From Deltaproteobacteria bacterium (GTDB lineage Bacteria > Myxococcota_A > Polyangia > Polyangiales > Houyiibacteriaceae), in contig JAXMNT010000012.1 of assembly GCA_034670305.1 (NCBI GenBank), forward strand, positions 64,001 through 128,000: a stretch of 64,000 bases of DNA. The letters run 5' to 3'. Under the pieces are notes generated by a model, which worked only from the letters and a program-made list of their open reading frames with translations, searched no databases and was not told the origin of the DNA. Shown here in pieces: positions 39,466 through 49,732 of this stretch. Each line of letters starts with the position of its first letter. The first letter of the stretch is position 1. Made by a program: the position numbers and the translations under genes.

Positions 39466-41133
39466 ATGAACACGCCCAGCAAGATCGGCCCCTACGAGAT
39501 CTTCGAGAAGCTCGGCGCGGGTGGCTTCGGACAGGTCTTTCGTGCGCGTCATGAGTTGCTCGGTCGAGAGGTCGCGCTCAAGGTCCTCCACGGTTCTCTC
39601 GACCACGCGCGGTTCGTGCGCGAAGCGCAAATCCTCGCGCAGCTGAACCACCCGAACATCGTCGGGGTGCACGACTGCGGCACCGCAGATGCGGGTGGCG
39701 CCACCCCCAGCCACCTCGACGACGCGGTGCACTACATCGCGCTCGAGCTGCTCGAAGGAGAGAACCTGCTCGACCTGATCCGCCGCGGACCGGTGGCGCC
39801 CGACGAAGCGAGCTGGATCCTCGGCGAGGTGCTTCAGGGGTTGGCGCACGCGCACGCGGCCGGGGTGGTGCACCGCGATCTCAAACCATCCAACGTGCTG
39901 CTCGTGCCCAACGCGCAAGCCGGTCCATTCGACCTGGATGTGAAGCTGCTGGACTTCGGGGTGAGCCTCGCGTCGAACCACGATCGGCTCACGCGCAAAC
40001 AAGCGCTGGTCGGCACGCCGAGGTACGTCGCGCCGGAGCTCCTGCACGGACAGGAGAGCGACGTGCGTTCCGATCTCTGGGCGATCGGGGTGACGCTCGT
40101 GGAGTGTCTTGTGGGGCGGCCGGCGTACGGAGGCACCGCGGACCAGGTCATCCCACAGATCCTCGCGGGGCCGCCGGTGCTGCCGCAGGCCACCGTGATC
40201 GGTCCGCCGCTGCGCCGGGTGCTCGAGCGGTTCTTTGCGCCGCGGGAACAGCGGTTCGAAAGCGCGACGGAAGCCGCCGACGCGCTCGCGGCCGCTGCGC
40301 TGGGCAAACGCATCTCGGTCGACAAGCTCGGCAAGACGACGTTCCAGGGCAAGCGGATCGAGCTTCCCGGCAGCGAGGACCCGTTCGACGCGTCGGTGAA
40401 AGATCTGTCGGCGACCGTGGTCGACCTTCAGATCGCCCGCCCGGTGCCCGCCACCCGGCAGCAAACACCCGAGGGCCTGCGCCGGAGTGCGTTCCCCAGC
40501 GGTTCGGCGGCGCCCGGTTCGGCAGCGCCCGGTTCGGCGGCGCCCGGTTCGGCAGCGCCCGGTTCGGCAGCACCCGGTACGGTTGCACCCGATTCGGTTC
40601 CGGCCGGCGTGGTGGCGCGTTCGGCAGCGCCCGGTTCGGCTCCGGCACCAGGGAGCCCCTCGACCCGTCAGACGAAGCACTGGTTGATCGCGCTCGCGGT
40701 GGTCGCGTGCCTGGCCGTGGCCGGCGGGGCCTGGCTCGTGTTCACCTATGCGAACTCGTACGCGCAGCAGAACGCGGCCGTCGACATCGTGGCCCTCGAC
40801 GGCCCAACCGAGAGCAGCGTTCACCACGGCGCGTTCACCTCCTGCGTCGGGGACTACACCACCACGATCCACACGGAGGCGGCGACCTTGCTCCGCCTGG
40901 TCGAAGGCACCGCCCAGGTCTGTGAATGCGGCCGACCCGCAGGGGTCGCGGACATGTACGTGCTCTTCCTTGGTGGGCAGCACGCCACGTCGGCGCTCCT
41001 GAGCGAAGGCGGGCCACGCCGCGCCTGTGCGGAAGGCCTGCTCACCCCCGAGCGCATCGTGCAGCTCGGCGCGTCGCTTCCACCGGGCGGCCGGGTCGCG
41101 TGCACCGTCCGTCGGACGATCTGCCCGCCGTAG
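39466..41133 (+). CDS. Membrane-bound Ser/Thr protein kinase
   Basis: LGAGGFGQV, VALK, HRDLKPSN, DFG, GTPRYVAPE, DLWAIG; then PGSAA repeats, a TM and a Cys-rich external domain. Confidence 0.95.
   Translation: MNTPSKIGPYEIFEKLGAGGFGQVFRARHELLGREVALKVLHGSLDHARFVREAQILAQLNHPNIVGVHDCGTADAGGATPSHLDDAVHYIALELLEGENLLDLIRRGPVAPDEASWILGEVLQGLAHAHAAGVVHRDLKPSNVLLVPNAQAGPFDLDVKLLDFGVSLASNHDRLTRKQALVGTPRYVAPELLHGQESDVRSDLWAIGVTLVECLVGRPAYGGTADQVIPQILAGPPVLPQATVIGPPLRRVLERFFAPREQRFESATEAADALAAAALGKRISVDKLGKTTFQGKRIELPGSEDPFDASVKDLSATVVDLQIARPVPATRQQTPEGLRRSAFPSGSAAPGSAAPGSAAPGSAAPGSAAPGTVAPDSVPAGVVARSAAPGSAPAPGSPSTRQTKHWLIALAVVACLAVAGGAWLVFTYANSYAQQNAAVDIVALDGPTESSVHHGAFTSCVGDYTTTIHTEAATLLRLVEGTAQVCECGRPAGVADMYVLFLGGQHATSALLSEGGPRRACAEGLLTPERIVQLGASLPPGGRVACTVRRTICPP
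40501..40575 (+). repeat. 15-bp coding tandem repeat (GSAAP x5)
   Basis: GGTTCGGCRGCRCCC units, followed by degenerate copies. Confidence 0.9.
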
Positions 41134-41253
41134 GAGGTTGGTCCGTCGGGGGCCCGAGCGTCTCCCAGGGTCGCGCGCGCCGTTCAATTGTGATTCTCTC
41201 ACTCGGTGGGGAGGAATGCAGACGCCGCAGGTGCGGCTCTAGGGCGTTGGTGT

Positions 41254-41850
41254 GTGCCGGGTCTGATCCGGCGGCTGTTCGGTGGTCAGACCGCGTTGCT
41301 CTCGCTCGCGTTGGTGCTCGGCGGATGCCGCGGACATCGACCTCCTCCGTTGACCGCCCGCTACGACCAGCCGATTCAATCGCGAGACATCGCGCGGGGC
41401 GGACAGATCTACTTCACGCTCTGCGCCGCGTGCCACAACGGCATGGTCAACCCACGCGGCTACCAGTGGTTGCCCGGACAGATGCGGCGCCAGATCCGTG
41501 AGGGGAACCATTTGATGCCGCCGCTCTCGAGTGCCTTCTTGACCGACGACGATGTCGAAGCGGTGCTGGCCTACCTGAACCTGCTCCGGGCGATCGAAGG
41601 CGAGCTCCCGCCTGCGTCGGTCGCACAGCAGCGGCGGGAAACCTTCGCCCGGCCACTGCCCTCCCTCGCCACGCTCCAACGTGGAGCGCCGATCGCCGAA
41701 CCCGAATGGACCGACCTCGAGGTGGTGGATTCGGACACGGAGATCGGCGACGAGTTGGGCGAACCCGTGGACGCGATGGACCCGGTCGACGAGGTCGACG
41801 ACCAGTTGGAGACACTGGAAACCGGCGAAGGCCTGGATCCGCCGTACTGA
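41254..41850 (+). CDS. c-type cytochrome lipoprotein with an acidic tail
   Basis: Lipobox LGGC, GGQIYFTLCAACH heme motif, MPP axial Met. Start uncertain (41206-41254). Confidence 0.8.
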   Translation: MPGLIRRLFGGQTALLSLALVLGGCRGHRPPPLTARYDQPIQSRDIARGGQIYFTLCAACHNGMVNPRGYQWLPGQMRRQIREGNHLMPPLSSAFLTDDDVEAVLAYLNLLRAIEGELPPASVAQQRRETFARPLPSLATLQRGAPIAEPEWTDLEVVDSDTEIGDELGEPVDAMDPVDEVDDQLETLETGEGLDPPY

Positions 41851-41883
41851 CGTGCGCGCCATCCTTCGAGACCGAGGGTTCGG

Positions 41884-43029
41884 CTACGCCCGGTAAAGCT
41901 CCGGGTCGTACATCTGGATGCGGCGTACGATCTCGTCTTCGGAGTCGGTGAGCGCCAGGAGTTCGTCGTAGATCTTGCCCTTCGCGACGTGTTGAAGCAG
42001 CGGCCAGACTGGGCGCACTTTCGTCCAGTGTTCTTCGCCGAACAAGATCATCGGCGAGCGGACGCCCTGGTTCGCGTAGTGGTTTTGGGCCGCGTCTTGG
42101 AAGATCTCCTGCGTCGTGCCGGCGCTGCCGGGCGCGAAGACGACGCCATGTCTCGCGATCGCGAGCAGGCCGTCTTCGCGCACGCTGTTGGCGAAGTACT
42201 TCCCGATCTTGGTGGCGAAGGGGGCAGGCGGTTCGTGGCCGTAGAGCCAGGTCGGGATGCCGAGGCTCTCGCACGCCTTCTCGTCTTCCGGGGCCAATGG
42301 GAACGCCTCGAGCACGGCCCACGCGCGGTGCAGCCAGTCGCGGTCCGCGTACTCCTTGCCAGGCAACGCGCCGGTGGGCCGGGTGGCCATGCGCTGGATG
42401 CCCGTGTCGAGGGCTTCGGCCGAGCGGGTGGCGAAGTACGCACCCACGTGCGTCGCTTCCATGGCGCCCGGCCCACCGCCGCTGACCATCAGAAACCCGG
42501 CTTGGGTGAGGCGGCGCGAGACGTGCGCGACCTTCGCGTAGAAGGGGTCGCTGCGTTCCATGCCGTGGCCGCCCATGACGGCGACCACTTTGCGTCCGTC
42601 GATGAGCTCTTCGATCGCGTCGGTGATGGAGTGATCGTGCAGCCGCCGGGCCAGACTCACCCGGATGGAGCGCGCCTCTTTGCCGTGCGCCAAGTATTGC
42701 TGGTAGACGCGGTTGTCCATCGTCGCCGCGTAGCCATCGGGTTTCGAGGGATCGAACCCGCCGAAGAGCTCCTCGACCGAATAGAGCGCGCGCCGGTGGA
42801 CCGCGAACTCGAGCTCGTCGAGGTCGGGGATGACCGTGGCGCCAGTCGCCACGAGATGGCCCGCGACCTCGTTGCTCAGGACACATCCGAGAAAGAGGGA
42901 GCCGGGGAACGAACGCTGGAGGAGGCGTTCGGTGTGCGCTCCCAGATCCAGATCTTGGACCGCGGCGGGTTCGGCGGGGTCGGCGTTCAGCCAGTCGACG
43001 AGGGCGGGAATCGCATCGATCTCGAGCAT
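41884..43029 (-). CDS. LOG/SLOG family Rossmann-fold nucleotide-binding protein
   Basis: VMGGH, SGGGPGAMEA, PGSAGTTQEIF. TACGAT lies 5 nt before ATG 43029. Confidence 0.85.
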   Translation of the reverse strand: MLEIDAIPALVDWLNADPAEPAAVQDLDLGAHTERLLQRSFPGSLFLGCVLSNEVAGHLVATGATVIPDLDELEFAVHRRALYSVEELFGGFDPSKPDGYAATMDNRVYQQYLAHGKEARSIRVSLARRLHDHSITDAIEELIDGRKVVAVMGGHGMERSDPFYAKVAHVSRRLTQAGFLMVSGGGPGAMEATHVGAYFATRSAEALDTGIQRMATRPTGALPGKEYADRDWLHRAWAVLEAFPLAPEDEKACESLGIPTWLYGHEPPAPFATKIGKYFANSVREDGLLAIARHGVVFAPGSAGTTQEIFQDAAQNHYANQGVRSPMILFGEEHWTKVRPVWPLLQHVAKGKIYDELLALTDSEDEIVRRIQMYDPELYRA

Positions 43030-43123
43030 GCCCCATCGTACCCGAGCCCGGCTCCGAGCATGGAAAACACCCACGGCACCAGGGTGGTTTGTGAGACCCT
43101 CGGCGCCTTCCACGAGGTTGCCC

Positions 43124-44215
43124 ATGGCCGACGCCCCCAAGCTGCTCAAACCGCCCGCCGAACTGGTCTACGCGGACGAACTCAAGAAGCTCGAAGAACA
43201 AGACGAGGGTCCGCGCCCGCCGGGTTGGCGGCTGTCCCCGAAGGCGGTCCGCACCTTCGTGCTCGGCGACAAGAAGCGCGGCATCGACCGCAAGTTCGTC
43301 GCGCACGCGTCGCTGGTCGATCGCGCGATGGTCGCGCTCGCCACCAACCGCGGGCTGATGCTGGTCGGGGAACCGGGCACCGCGAAGTCGATGCTCTCGG
43401 AGCTGCTCGCCGCTGCGATCTGCGGTGACTCGACGCTCACGATTCAGGGCGGCGCCGCGACCACCGAAGATCAGATCAAGTACTCCTGGAACTACGCGCT
43501 GCTCATCTCCGAGGGTCCGAGCAAACGTTCGCTCGTGCCCGCGCCGCTGTTCCGCGCGATGGAGCAGGGCAAGATCGTCCGCTTCGAGGAGATCACCCGC
43601 TGCCCACCGGAGGTTCAGGACAGCCTGCTCTCGATCCTGAGCGACAAGGTCATGGCGATCGGCGAACTCGAAGGCGACGACTCGATGCTCTTCGCGCGCG
43701 CCGGCTTCAACATGATCGCGACGGCCAACACCCGCGACCGCGGGGTCAACGAGATGAGCGCCGCGCTCAAACGGCGTCTGAACTTCGAGACCGTCTTCCC
43801 GATCCCGGACTTCAAGACGGAGCTCGCGCTCGTCAAATCTCAGGCGGGCAAGATGCTCGCCGAAGCCGGTGTGCCGATGATGCCGCCGGACGCGATCCTC
43901 GAGGTCCTGGTCCGCGCGTTCCGCGAGCTGCGCACCGGCGAGAGCGAAGACGGGGCCGCCATGGATCGCCTGAGCAGCGTGATGAGCACGGCCGAAGCGG
44001 TGTCGGTCGCGTTCTCCATGGGCGTGCGCGGCCACTACATCCGCGACGGCAAGTGCACTGGCGAAGATCTGGTGCACTGCCTTGCGGGCGCCGCGGTCAA
44101 AGACAACCTCGACGACCTCAAGAAGCTGCGCCGCTACATCGACCAGCGGGCGGGCAAGCGCACCGAAGACGCGTGGCAAGAGGTCTACGAAGCCCGAACG
44201 ATCTTGCCGGAGTAG
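43124..44215 (+). CDS. yehL: MoxR-family AAA+ ATPase, YehL-like
   Basis: Walker A GEPGTAKS, YSWNYALL, Walker B FEEITR, ATANTRDRGVNEMSAALKRR. Confidence 0.88.
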   Translation: MADAPKLLKPPAELVYADELKKLEEQDEGPRPPGWRLSPKAVRTFVLGDKKRGIDRKFVAHASLVDRAMVALATNRGLMLVGEPGTAKSMLSELLAAAICGDSTLTIQGGAATTEDQIKYSWNYALLISEGPSKRSLVPAPLFRAMEQGKIVRFEEITRCPPEVQDSLLSILSDKVMAIGELEGDDSMLFARAGFNMIATANTRDRGVNEMSAALKRRLNFETVFPIPDFKTELALVKSQAGKMLAEAGVPMMPPDAILEVLVRAFRELRTGESEDGAAMDRLSSVMSTAEAVSVAFSMGVRGHYIRDGKCTGEDLVHCLAGAAVKDNLDDLKKLRRYIDQRAGKRTEDAWQEVYEARTILPE

Positions 44216-44218
44216 CCG

Positions 44219-46555
44219 ATGGTCGCTCCGCTGCACGTCGTCGGCGTCCGACACCACAGCCCTGCGTGCGCACGGCTGACCGAAGCGCAGATCCGTGCGC
44301 TCGAGCCGGCGTACGTGCTCATCGAAGGACCCGTCGACATGAACGAGCGGCTGGACGAGCTGCTGCTCGGTCACGACTTGCCGCTCGCGATCTTCAGCTA
44401 CTACACGAGCGAAGAACGGACCCATGCGTCGTGGTCGCCGTTCTGCGCGTACTCGCCCGAATGGGTCGCACTCGAGGTCGGCCGCGAGCTCGGCGCCGAC
44501 GTGCGCTTCTGCGATCTGCCGGCGTGGGCCGGTGCCTTCGAAGGTGTCGCCAACCGCTACCGCGACGAACACGACGGCAGCGGCGCTCGGATGCGCGCGC
44601 TCTGCGACGACCTCGGCGTCGATGGAACCGACGCGGCGTGGGACCACATGTTCGAGCAGCCGACGCCGATCGAAGAACTCGAAGCGCGCCTCGACGTCTA
44701 CTTCAAGCAGCTGCGCGCCGACGACTCCGCCGGCCGCGACACGAACCGCGAAGCGCACATGGCGCAGTGCATCCGCTGGGCCCGCGCCCAGGACAAGGGG
44801 CCCGTCGTCGTGGTGTGCGGCGGTTGGCACAAACCGGCGCTCGAAGCGGCCGGCGCACTGACCGAAGAGGGCGCCGAACACAACCCGTGGCCTGAGCCGA
44901 TCTCCGCGGGCGAGGGCCGACACGGCAGCTTTCTCGTGCCCTACAGCTTCCGGCGCCTCGACAGCTTCGTCGGCTACCAGTCCGGCATGCCCTCGCCCGC
45001 CTGGTACCAGGTGCTCTGGGACGAAGGCGCCGAAGCCGCAGCCGACAAGATGCTCGAGCGCGCAGTGAAGCGCCTGCGCGAGAAGAAGCAGCCGGTCTCG
45101 CCCGCGGATGTGATCGCGGTGCAGCTGCTCGCGACCGGCCTGCAGCGGATGCGGGGCCACGTCGCGATGGCGCGCACTGATCTGCTCGACGGACTCGCGG
45201 GCGCGCTCGTCAAGGAAGCGCTCGAAGCGCCGCTGCCGTGGAGCGGTCGCGGGCGGCTCGTCGCGGGCACCGACCCGCGCATCGCCGAGGTCGTCGCGGC
45301 GTTCTCGGGCGACGACAAGGGCACCCTGCACGCCGACACCCCGCGCCCGCCGATCATCGCGGATGTGCGCGGCCAGTTGAAGGCGCTCGGACTCGAGCCG
45401 CCCTGCGACCCCGAGCTGCAACTCGACGTGCCGGCGGACCTCGCGAAGAGCCGGGTGCTGCACCGGTTGCGGGTGCTCGGGGTGCCGGGGTTCGACCGCA
45501 AGTCCGGGCCGTCGTGGGCGCACGACGTGACCTTCACCGAACGGTGGGCCCTGCGCGAACGGTTCGAGACCGAGTCTGGGCTCATCGAAGCCGGCGCGTA
45601 TGGCGCGACGCTCGAGACGGCCGCCGCCGCGCGGCTCGAAGAACAGATGCTCGCCGCGGGTGGCTCGCTCGCCAAGCTCACCGACCTCATCGGCGAAGCC
45701 ACCTTCATCGGCATCGACAGCCTGGCCTCGCAGATCCTCGATCAGGTCGCCGACGCGGTGGGCCAAGAACGTTCGCTCACGGTGCTCGGGGACGCGCTCG
45801 GCAAACTGCTCTCGCTCTGGCGCGACGACACCCTGCTCGGTGCCGCAGGCTCGGCGCATGTGCTGCGCATCGTCGAAGCGGCGTTCGTGCAAGGGCTCTG
45901 GCTCGCCGAAGGCGTGCAGGGACCGAACGCGCCGGTCGACACCGAACGGCTCCGCGCGTTCATTGCGATCCGCGACACGCTCATCGTCGACCAGACGCCG
46001 GGACAGACCGCGCTCGACGTCGACGAACTCGAAGCGTGGGAGACGATGAAGCGCATCTCACTCTCGCGCACTGCACCGCCGGGTCTGCGCGGCGCGGCGC
46101 TCGGGGTGTTGTGGTCGACCGGCTACTGGAGCACTTCCCAAGACGCCGAGGACGAAGCCCGCGAACGGCTGCAACGTTCTTCGCACCCGTCGATCTTCGG
46201 CGACTTTCTCGCCGGTCTCTTTGCGCTCGCCCGCGAACAAGCCGTCGCGACCGAAGGGCTCATCGCCGCGGTCGACCAGACCCTCGCCAGCTTGGAGGAC
46301 CACGAGTTCGTGGAGAGCCTTCCTTCGCTGCGACTCGGCTTCGATTACTTCCCGCCCCGCGAACGCGAGGCGCTCGCCCGCCGGGTGCTCGGCTTGCATG
46401 GCCAGGAAGACAGCCAGCCGAAACAGCTGACCGGCAAACTGGATCATTCCCCCGCGGTCATCGCGCAGGGCAACACGCTCGACGCCCGCTTGCAGGCCGC
46501 GCTCGACCACCACCACCTCGGCCCGAAGCCGACGGAGGTCTCCGATGGCGGATGA
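44219..46555 (+). CDS. yehM: DUF5682 family protein, YehM-like
   Basis: GVRHHSPACAR, VLIEGP, PFCAYSPEW, REAHMA, VCGGWH, GYQSGMPSP. Confidence 0.85.
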   Translation: MVAPLHVVGVRHHSPACARLTEAQIRALEPAYVLIEGPVDMNERLDELLLGHDLPLAIFSYYTSEERTHASWSPFCAYSPEWVALEVGRELGADVRFCDLPAWAGAFEGVANRYRDEHDGSGARMRALCDDLGVDGTDAAWDHMFEQPTPIEELEARLDVYFKQLRADDSAGRDTNREAHMAQCIRWARAQDKGPVVVVCGGWHKPALEAAGALTEEGAEHNPWPEPISAGEGRHGSFLVPYSFRRLDSFVGYQSGMPSPAWYQVLWDEGAEAAADKMLERAVKRLREKKQPVSPADVIAVQLLATGLQRMRGHVAMARTDLLDGLAGALVKEALEAPLPWSGRGRLVAGTDPRIAEVVAAFSGDDKGTLHADTPRPPIIADVRGQLKALGLEPPCDPELQLDVPADLAKSRVLHRLRVLGVPGFDRKSGPSWAHDVTFTERWALRERFETESGLIEAGAYGATLETAAAARLEEQMLAAGGSLAKLTDLIGEATFIGIDSLASQILDQVADAVGQERSLTVLGDALGKLLSLWRDDTLLGAAGSAHVLRIVEAAFVQGLWLAEGVQGPNAPVDTERLRAFIAIRDTLIVDQTPGQTALDVDELEAWETMKRISLSRTAPPGLRGAALGVLWSTGYWSTSQDAEDEARERLQRSSHPSIFGDFLAGLFALAREQAVATEGLIAAVDQTLASLEDHEFVESLPSLRLGFDYFPPREREALARRVLGLHGQEDSQPKQLTGKLDHSPAVIAQGNTLDARLQAALDHHHLGPKPTEVSDGG

Positions 46556-47747
46556 TCCGAAGCCGACCGACCCGGACAGCGAGCCGAAACCCAGCGCCGG
46601 CAAACCCAGCGTCATCGAGGCCCTTCAAGGGTTGCCGCCGCTCGTTCGCTGGCGGTTGATCCTCGGCGAGGCGGGCGACGCCTGCACCGGAGGTGGCGCG
46701 CTCCAAGGCGACGCCGCAGCCGCCGACGCCGCGCTTGGCTGGCTCTACGACCGGGACGAAGTCGGTCAGGGCGACCGCGAGAAGGGCGCCGGAAGCGGGC
46801 CGTCGCAGATGACCGTGCCGGACTGGATCAGCGAAGTGCACCGGCTCTTCCCCAAAGAGACGATTGAGCGGCTCGAACAGGACGCCGTCGATCGGTTTCA
46901 GATCCACGACGTGGTCACGAACCCCGAGGTGCTCAAGCGCGTCGAGCCGAACCAGACCCTGCTCAAGGCGGTGCTCAAGACCAAACACCTGATGAACCCG
47001 GAGGTGCTTCAGCTCGCGCGCGACCTGGTCCGCAAGGTCGTCGAGAAGCTGATGAAAGAGCTCGCCGACGAGGTGAAGCAAGCGTTCTCCGGCGCGGTGA
47101 ACCGGCAGCGGCGCACGCTCTTCAAGTACAGCCGCAACCTCGACGCGAAGCGCACCATCGCGTCGAACCTCGGCAACTACGACCGCGCGAGCAAACGTCT
47201 CTTCATCGACAAGGTGTTCTTCTTTCAGCGTTCCCAGAAGCACAACACCAAGTGGCAGATCATCCTGCTCGTCGACCAGAGCGGCTCCATGCTGGACTCG
47301 GCGATCCACGCGGCCGTCACCGCCGCGTGCCTCTACGGCATGCCGAGCGTGAAGACGCACTTGGTGCTCTTCGACACCAACGTCGTCGATCTGACGGAAG
47401 AGCTCGTCGACCCGGTCGAGACCCTGATGAAGGTGCAACTCGGCGGCGGCACCGACATCGCCAAAGCGGTCGGTTACGCGCAGCAGCTGGTCGAGGTGCC
47501 TTCGCGCACCATCCTCGCGGTCATCAGCGACTTCTACGAAGGCGGCAGCGAGGCGGATCTCTTGCGCCGCGTGAAGCTGCTGACCGACGACGGCGCGCAC
47601 GTGCTCGGGCTCGCCGCGCTCGACAGCGAAGCCAACCCGAACTTCGACCACGAGCTCGGTCAGAAGCTCGTCGACTGCGGCGCGCACGTCGGCGCGATGA
47701 CGCCCGGCGAGCTCGCCGCGTTCGTCGCGGAGAAGGTGCGCCGATGA
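46545..47747 (+). CDS. yehP: VWA domain protein, YehP-like
   Basis: RWRLILG, MIDAS DQSGSM, QLGGGTDI, ISDFYEG. Confidence 0.88.
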   Translation: MADDPKPTDPDSEPKPSAGKPSVIEALQGLPPLVRWRLILGEAGDACTGGGALQGDAAAADAALGWLYDRDEVGQGDREKGAGSGPSQMTVPDWISEVHRLFPKETIERLEQDAVDRFQIHDVVTNPEVLKRVEPNQTLLKAVLKTKHLMNPEVLQLARDLVRKVVEKLMKELADEVKQAFSGAVNRQRRTLFKYSRNLDAKRTIASNLGNYDRASKRLFIDKVFFFQRSQKHNTKWQIILLVDQSGSMLDSAIHAAVTAACLYGMPSVKTHLVLFDTNVVDLTEELVDPVETLMKVQLGGGTDIAKAVGYAQQLVEVPSRTILAVISDFYEGGSEADLLRRVKLLTDDGAHVLGLAALDSEANPNFDHELGQKLVDCGAHVGAMTPGELAAFVAEKVRR

Positions 47748-49732
47748 GGGACGACCTCGCTGCGCTCACCCCCGATGCGCTGAGCGCGCTCTCGAGCATC
47801 GGCCTGCTCAAGCGCGCGCAGCGCATGATCGCGACCGGACTCGGACCGCGGGTGATCGAAGAGGCCGACGACGGAGTGGTGTCCGCCACCTTCGACGACG
47901 ACACCACCATCGCGCTGGCGCCAAAGGCCACCCTTGCCCAGGCGCGCTGCAGTTGTGGCGCTGTCTTCGTGTGCCGCCACGGGCTCTCGCTCGTGCTCGC
48001 CTACCAGCAGAAGCACGGCGGCGGCGCAGACGCGGCTCCGACCCATTGGAACCCCGGCGACATCCCCGACAAAGAAGTGTTCGCGCTCATCGGCACGCTT
48101 GGCCGAGGGCGGGCCAACCGCTTGATGCGGGGCGGCATCGTGGTGCGCATCGGCCACGAACCGCACCCCACCGCGCGGCTTCCGACCTGCACGCTCCAGT
48201 TCCTCGTGCCCAACGACCTGACCCACGCGCGCTGCGACTGCGAGCTCGGCACCGCGTGCGAACACGTGCTCATCGGGGTGCGTGCGTTCCGCGAAGCGCA
48301 GGGTGCCGATCAAGCGACGGTGGAGCTCGCCGCCACTGGCGAAGTCGATCTCGAAGCGACCCGCGATGCGCGGGACCTCGCGCACGAGGTCCTGTGGCAC
48401 GGCATGTCCGCCACGCCCGAAGCCCTCGACGCGCGCTTCGAACGGGTGAAACAGCGGCTCGATGCCGACGGCCAAGTGTGGCCCGAGTTGGCGCTCGACA
48501 ACCTGCACGATGCGCTTCGCTGGTACCGGTCCCGAAGCGCACGCTACCGGCCGGCGCTGGCCGAAGCGGCAGCGGAACTCGAAGCCCGATGCCGCGCCGC
48601 GGACACGACGTCACCGAGCGTTCCGATCGGCATGCTGCTCGGCACCGCTGCCGCGGAAGAGACCCGGCTGGCCGAGCTGCGGTTGATCTCACTCGGTGCG
48701 CGCGTTCGATCCGAGGGGTCGACCACCCTCGCCGATGTGTTCCTGGTCGACCCCGACACGAGCAACGTGCTGGTGCTCCGCCACACCTTCACGCCGACCA
48801 GGCAGCGCTGGCAGAAGACGGATCCGGCCGCGCTCACCGGTCCCGAACTCGTGGCCCGTGAAGTCGTCAAAGGCGTGCGGCTTGGTGACGTCGCGGCGGG
48901 TCAACTGCTCACCCAGACCGGACGGCGGCGCGCCAACCGCGATCTGGTGCTCTCGGTCAAAGCCGGCACGCAGGTGGTTCGCGACGCCGGCGACTGGAGC
49001 GCACTCGGGGCACCGGTCCGCCTCACGTCGATGGCGGAGTTCGCGGAGCGTGCGTCCAAGCGGGCGCCGTCTCTGCTGCGTCCGCGGGTGCTGGCGGAGA
49101 ACCTGCACGTCCTGAAGATCCAAGAGGTCCAGCAGCTCATGTGGTCGCCTGGCCAACAAGCGCTCATCGGCACGGTGTTGCTCGAGTCGGGTGAGTCGGT
49201 GCGGATCGAGCGCCGCCACCGTTCGGCCGCACCGGGCGCCATCGCGGTGCTCGCTTCCACCCTCGCAACGGCGGGCACCTGCTGGATGAGCGGCGAGGTC
49301 CGCGCGACCGAAGCCGGATTGGTGATCTCACCGACCGCGATCCTCCCACCGAGCGGCACGATCGTCGTGCCCGACCTCATGGTCGACGCGGGCACGAAGA
49401 TCGAGCTCGGCAACGTGGGTGCGCCGACTTCTCCCATCGGCGCGGCACTCGACCAGGCGGTCGCCGGCATGGACGAAGCGGCCCACGTCGGCTTGCTTCA
49501 AGCAGGGGCCGGCTGGGCCGAACGGATGCGCGAAACCCAAGCTCAGCTCGATGCGCTCGGACTCGGACGGCTGTCCAAGATCGTCGAACGTGCGACCAAG
49601 AGCGCAACCGCAGCGCGGGTTGGAGGGCGCGCCGCGTCGCCGGACGCCCCCGCCCGGTGGATGGATGCCCGAATCGCCTTGGTGCTCGCGCGTGAACTCC
49701 TGTTCCAGCCCACCGGAAACTCGGCGAACTGA
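47744..49732 (+). CDS. yehQ: SWIM zinc-finger protein, YehQ-like
   Basis: Two SWIM motifs, CSCGAVFVCRH and CDCELGTACEH. ATGA overlap with the VWA gene. Confidence 0.82.
   Translation: MRDDLAALTPDALSALSSIGLLKRAQRMIATGLGPRVIEEADDGVVSATFDDDTTIALAPKATLAQARCSCGAVFVCRHGLSLVLAYQQKHGGGADAAPTHWNPGDIPDKEVFALIGTLGRGRANRLMRGGIVVRIGHEPHPTARLPTCTLQFLVPNDLTHARCDCELGTACEHVLIGVRAFREAQGADQATVELAATGEVDLEATRDARDLAHEVLWHGMSATPEALDARFERVKQRLDADGQVWPELALDNLHDALRWYRSRSARYRPALAEAAAELEARCRAADTTSPSVPIGMLLGTAAAEETRLAELRLISLGARVRSEGSTTLADVFLVDPDTSNVLVLRHTFTPTRQRWQKTDPAALTGPELVAREVVKGVRLGDVAAGQLLTQTGRRRANRDLVLSVKAGTQVVRDAGDWSALGAPVRLTSMAEFAERASKRAPSLLRPRVLAENLHVLKIQEVQQLMWSPGQQALIGTVLLESGESVRIERRHRSAAPGAIAVLASTLATAGTCWMSGEVRATEAGLVISPTAILPPSGTIVVPDLMVDAGTKIELGNVGAPTSPIGAALDQAVAGMDEAAHVGLLQAGAGWAERMRETQAQLDALGLGRLSKIVERATKSATAARVGGRAASPDAPARWMDARIALVLARELLFQPTGNSAN

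Noticed and set aside
40501-40640. GSAAP repeat as a special element
   Set aside because: An ordinary low-complexity linker of a myxobacterial-type kinase.
41447-45892. 1481-aa minus-strand ORF
   Set aside because: Shadow of the yehL/yehM-like genes and an alternate frame of the LOG gene; Arg/Ala-rich with no motifs.
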